Source: Streptomyces sp. NPDC041068 (GTDB lineage: Bacteria > Actinomycetota > Actinomycetes > Streptomycetales > Streptomycetaceae). From it: 32,000 nt of DNA. Under the pieces are notes generated by a model that did no database searches, was not told where the DNA came from, and worked only from the letters and a program-made list of their open reading frames with translations. The stretch lies in NCBI RefSeq assembly GCF_040647455.1, contig NZ_JBEZCG010000012.1, forward strand, positions 315,498-347,497. Reading direction: 5' to 3'. The position numbers were made by a program, and so were the translations under genes. Positions 30,857 through 32,000 of this stretch are shown piece by piece; position 1 is the first letter of the stretch; each line of letters opens with the position of its first letter.

Positions 30857-31246
30857 ATGACAGAGCGACGTGTGATCCTCAGCGGTTCGACGTTCGAGGA
30901 GCGGATCGGCTATGCCCGTGCCGTGGTCGACGGCGACTGGGTGCATGTGTCCGGGACGACCGGCTTCGACTACACCGCCATGACGATCTCCGACGACGTG
31001 GTGGAACAGGCGGAGCAGTGCCTGCGCAACATCGAGGCCGCGTTGACCGAGGCGGACTGCACCTTCGACGACGTGGTGCGGGTGCGGTACATGCTGACGG
31101 ACAGGGCGGACTTCGAGCCCTGCTGGCCGGCACTGCGCCAGGCCTTCGGCAAGGTCCGGCCGGCCGCCACGATGCTCGTGTGCGGCCTGGCCGACGCCCG
31201 CATGAAGATCGAGATCGAGGCGTACGCGCGACGGCCCGCCGACTGA
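30857..31246 (+). CDS. RidA/YjgF/TdcF-family protein
   Basis: ..GYARAVVDGDWVHVSGTTGFD..VVEQAEQCLRNIEAALTEADCTFDDVVRVRYMLTD..PAATMLVCGLADARMKIEIEAYA.. is the typical RidA fold pattern. Confidence 0.85.
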   Translation: MTERRVILSGSTFEERIGYARAVVDGDWVHVSGTTGFDYTAMTISDDVVEQAEQCLRNIEAALTEADCTFDDVVRVRYMLTDRADFEPCWPALRQAFGKVRPAATMLVCGLADARMKIEIEAYARRPAD

Positions 31247-31397
31247 CCTGTTCGACCGCGATGCCGAGGACCGCCGTAGGCCGCCCTGGCTCCTCACTCC
31301 GAGGTCCAGCACGCCGAGCGCATGAAGCTGAGCGCATGAATGGGACTTCGGGTGCCGCCGAGGCGCGCGCGGCACGCAGAGAGCCGGAGGTGGTGGC

Positions 31398-31940
31398 ATG
31401 AACGTCGTGCGCCGTCACGGCGGCGTCGTCCACCGGCCCGCATCCCCGGCGACTCCGGCAATCCACCGGCTGCTGCGGCACATCCACGACGAGGGCTTCC
31501 GCGGCGCGCCGGAGCCGCGGGGCTTCGATGCCGATGGCGATGAGATGCTCACCTTCCTCGACTTCCTCGGCTTCCTCGGCTTCCTCGACGTCCTCGACGG
31601 TGAGGTGCACACCGCGCTCACTCCGGAGCCGCGTACGCCCTAACTCCGCATCTCTGTCGCCGAGTTACTGAGGGCCCTGCGCGACGCCACCGTCAGGTTC
31701 AGGCCGCGTCCCGACGATGCCTGGCTGTTTCCGGTCCGGCGGCCGGCCGAGGTCATCGCGCCGTTCCCGGCCGGCTGCCGGCCCTCGTCGATCTCATGCG
31801 CGACCGGGCCGCGCAGGGCAACGCGGCATTCCAGCAGCACATCGCGGACGGCCACATCGACCCCTGTACGAGGCGGACATCCGCTGTGTGCTGCCCATCG
31901 CGACGACCTGCGCGCCGCCTTCGACCAGAGCGTTCCTCGG
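31398..31940 (+). pseudogene. Degraded APH-type phosphotransferase gene (in-frame TAA, internal deletion/frameshifts, codon-repeat expansion)
   Basis: N-terminus VVRRHGGVVHRPASPATPAIHRLLRHIHDEGFRGAPEPRGFDADGDEMLTFL..GEV. An in-frame TAA at 31641-31643 is followed in the same frame by VAELLRALRDATVRF. The catalytic loop is missing. C-terminal-like pieces are split between frames (ALVDLMRDRAAQGNAAFQQHIADGHID in another frame, AAHRDDLRAAF in frame). Confidence 0.5.
31554..31598 (+). repeat. 9-nt tandem repeat x5 (FLD FLG FLG FLD VLD)
   Basis: ttcctcgac ttcctcggc ttcctcggc ttcctcgac gtcctcgac, inside the phosphotransferase remnant. Confidence 0.9.
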
Positions 31941-31941
31941 C

Positions 31942-31983
31942 CGGTCAGAGCCTCCCTCCAGTCGGTCAGAGCCTCCCTCAGTG
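31942..31983 (+). repeat. About 21-bp tandem duplication near the window end
   Basis: cggtcagagcctccctccagt (31942-31962) and cggtcagagcctccctcagtg (31963-31983). The first 17 nt are identical, followed by a 1-nt indel. Confidence 0.85.
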
Positions 31984-32000
31984 GTGCCGGAACGTGATCT

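Noticed and set aside
26357-31940. The two phosphotransferase fragments as halves of one gene split by a 4.7-kb insertion
   Set aside because: Both fragments carry N-terminal-lobe sequence of different subtypes, so they are not complementary halves. No terminal inverted repeats, target duplications or mobility genes flank the intervening DNA.
1-32000. Genomic island or mobile element signatures (integrase, transposase, tRNA target, terminal repeats)
   Set aside because: None found on either strand. The accessory character of 24.8-32 kb rests only on gene decay, not on mobility genes.

Overview
Very GC-rich (by eye over 70%) actinomycete, Streptomyces-like, chromosomal DNA. Gene calls rest on recognisable protein families plus strong G/C bias at codon position 3. 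I see no rRNA, tRNA, CRISPR array, transposase or integrase. Layout, left to right: (1) a tightly coupled six-gene operon, 1-5368 (+): glpD (5' truncated by the window), AGPS-like FAD oxidase, GlpP-family protein, ABM monooxygenase, Zn-alcohol dehydrogenase, orphan protein. (2) An IclR-centred module, 5376-12049: CitMHS/SLC13-like permease and IclR on (-), facing an SgaA-like class V aminotransferase and a 969-aa FAD + Fe-S (YdiJ/GlcDF-like) 2-hydroxyacid dehydrogenase on (+). (3) ubiD-family decarboxylase and ubiX on (-), facing a LysR regulator and a DHA2 MFS transporter on (+), 12053-16873. (4) A signalling region, 17024-24804: acyl-CoA ligase; a small secreted 2-Cys peptide; a Ser/Thr kinase fused to a family-5 peptide-type solute-binding ectodomain; a 4-TM membrane protein gene broken by an in-frame TGA and ending in a hexanucleotide microsatellite; a second receptor-type Ser/Thr kinase. 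(5) A decaying accessory stretch, 24801-32000, with gene fragments (LbH acyltransferase, GNAT-like, two phosphotransferase remnants, a LysR pseudogene) among intact genes: GT2 glycosyltransferase, a DeoR / NDT-like (DUF4406-like) / NudK-like Nudix operon, DoxX, LysR and RidA. The best candidates for something undescribed are the secreted peptide paired with the SBP-ectodomain kinase, the DeoR-NDT-like-Nudix operon, and the glpD-AGPS-like-GlpP operon. All functions are family-level inferences from reading the translations. No database search was run.
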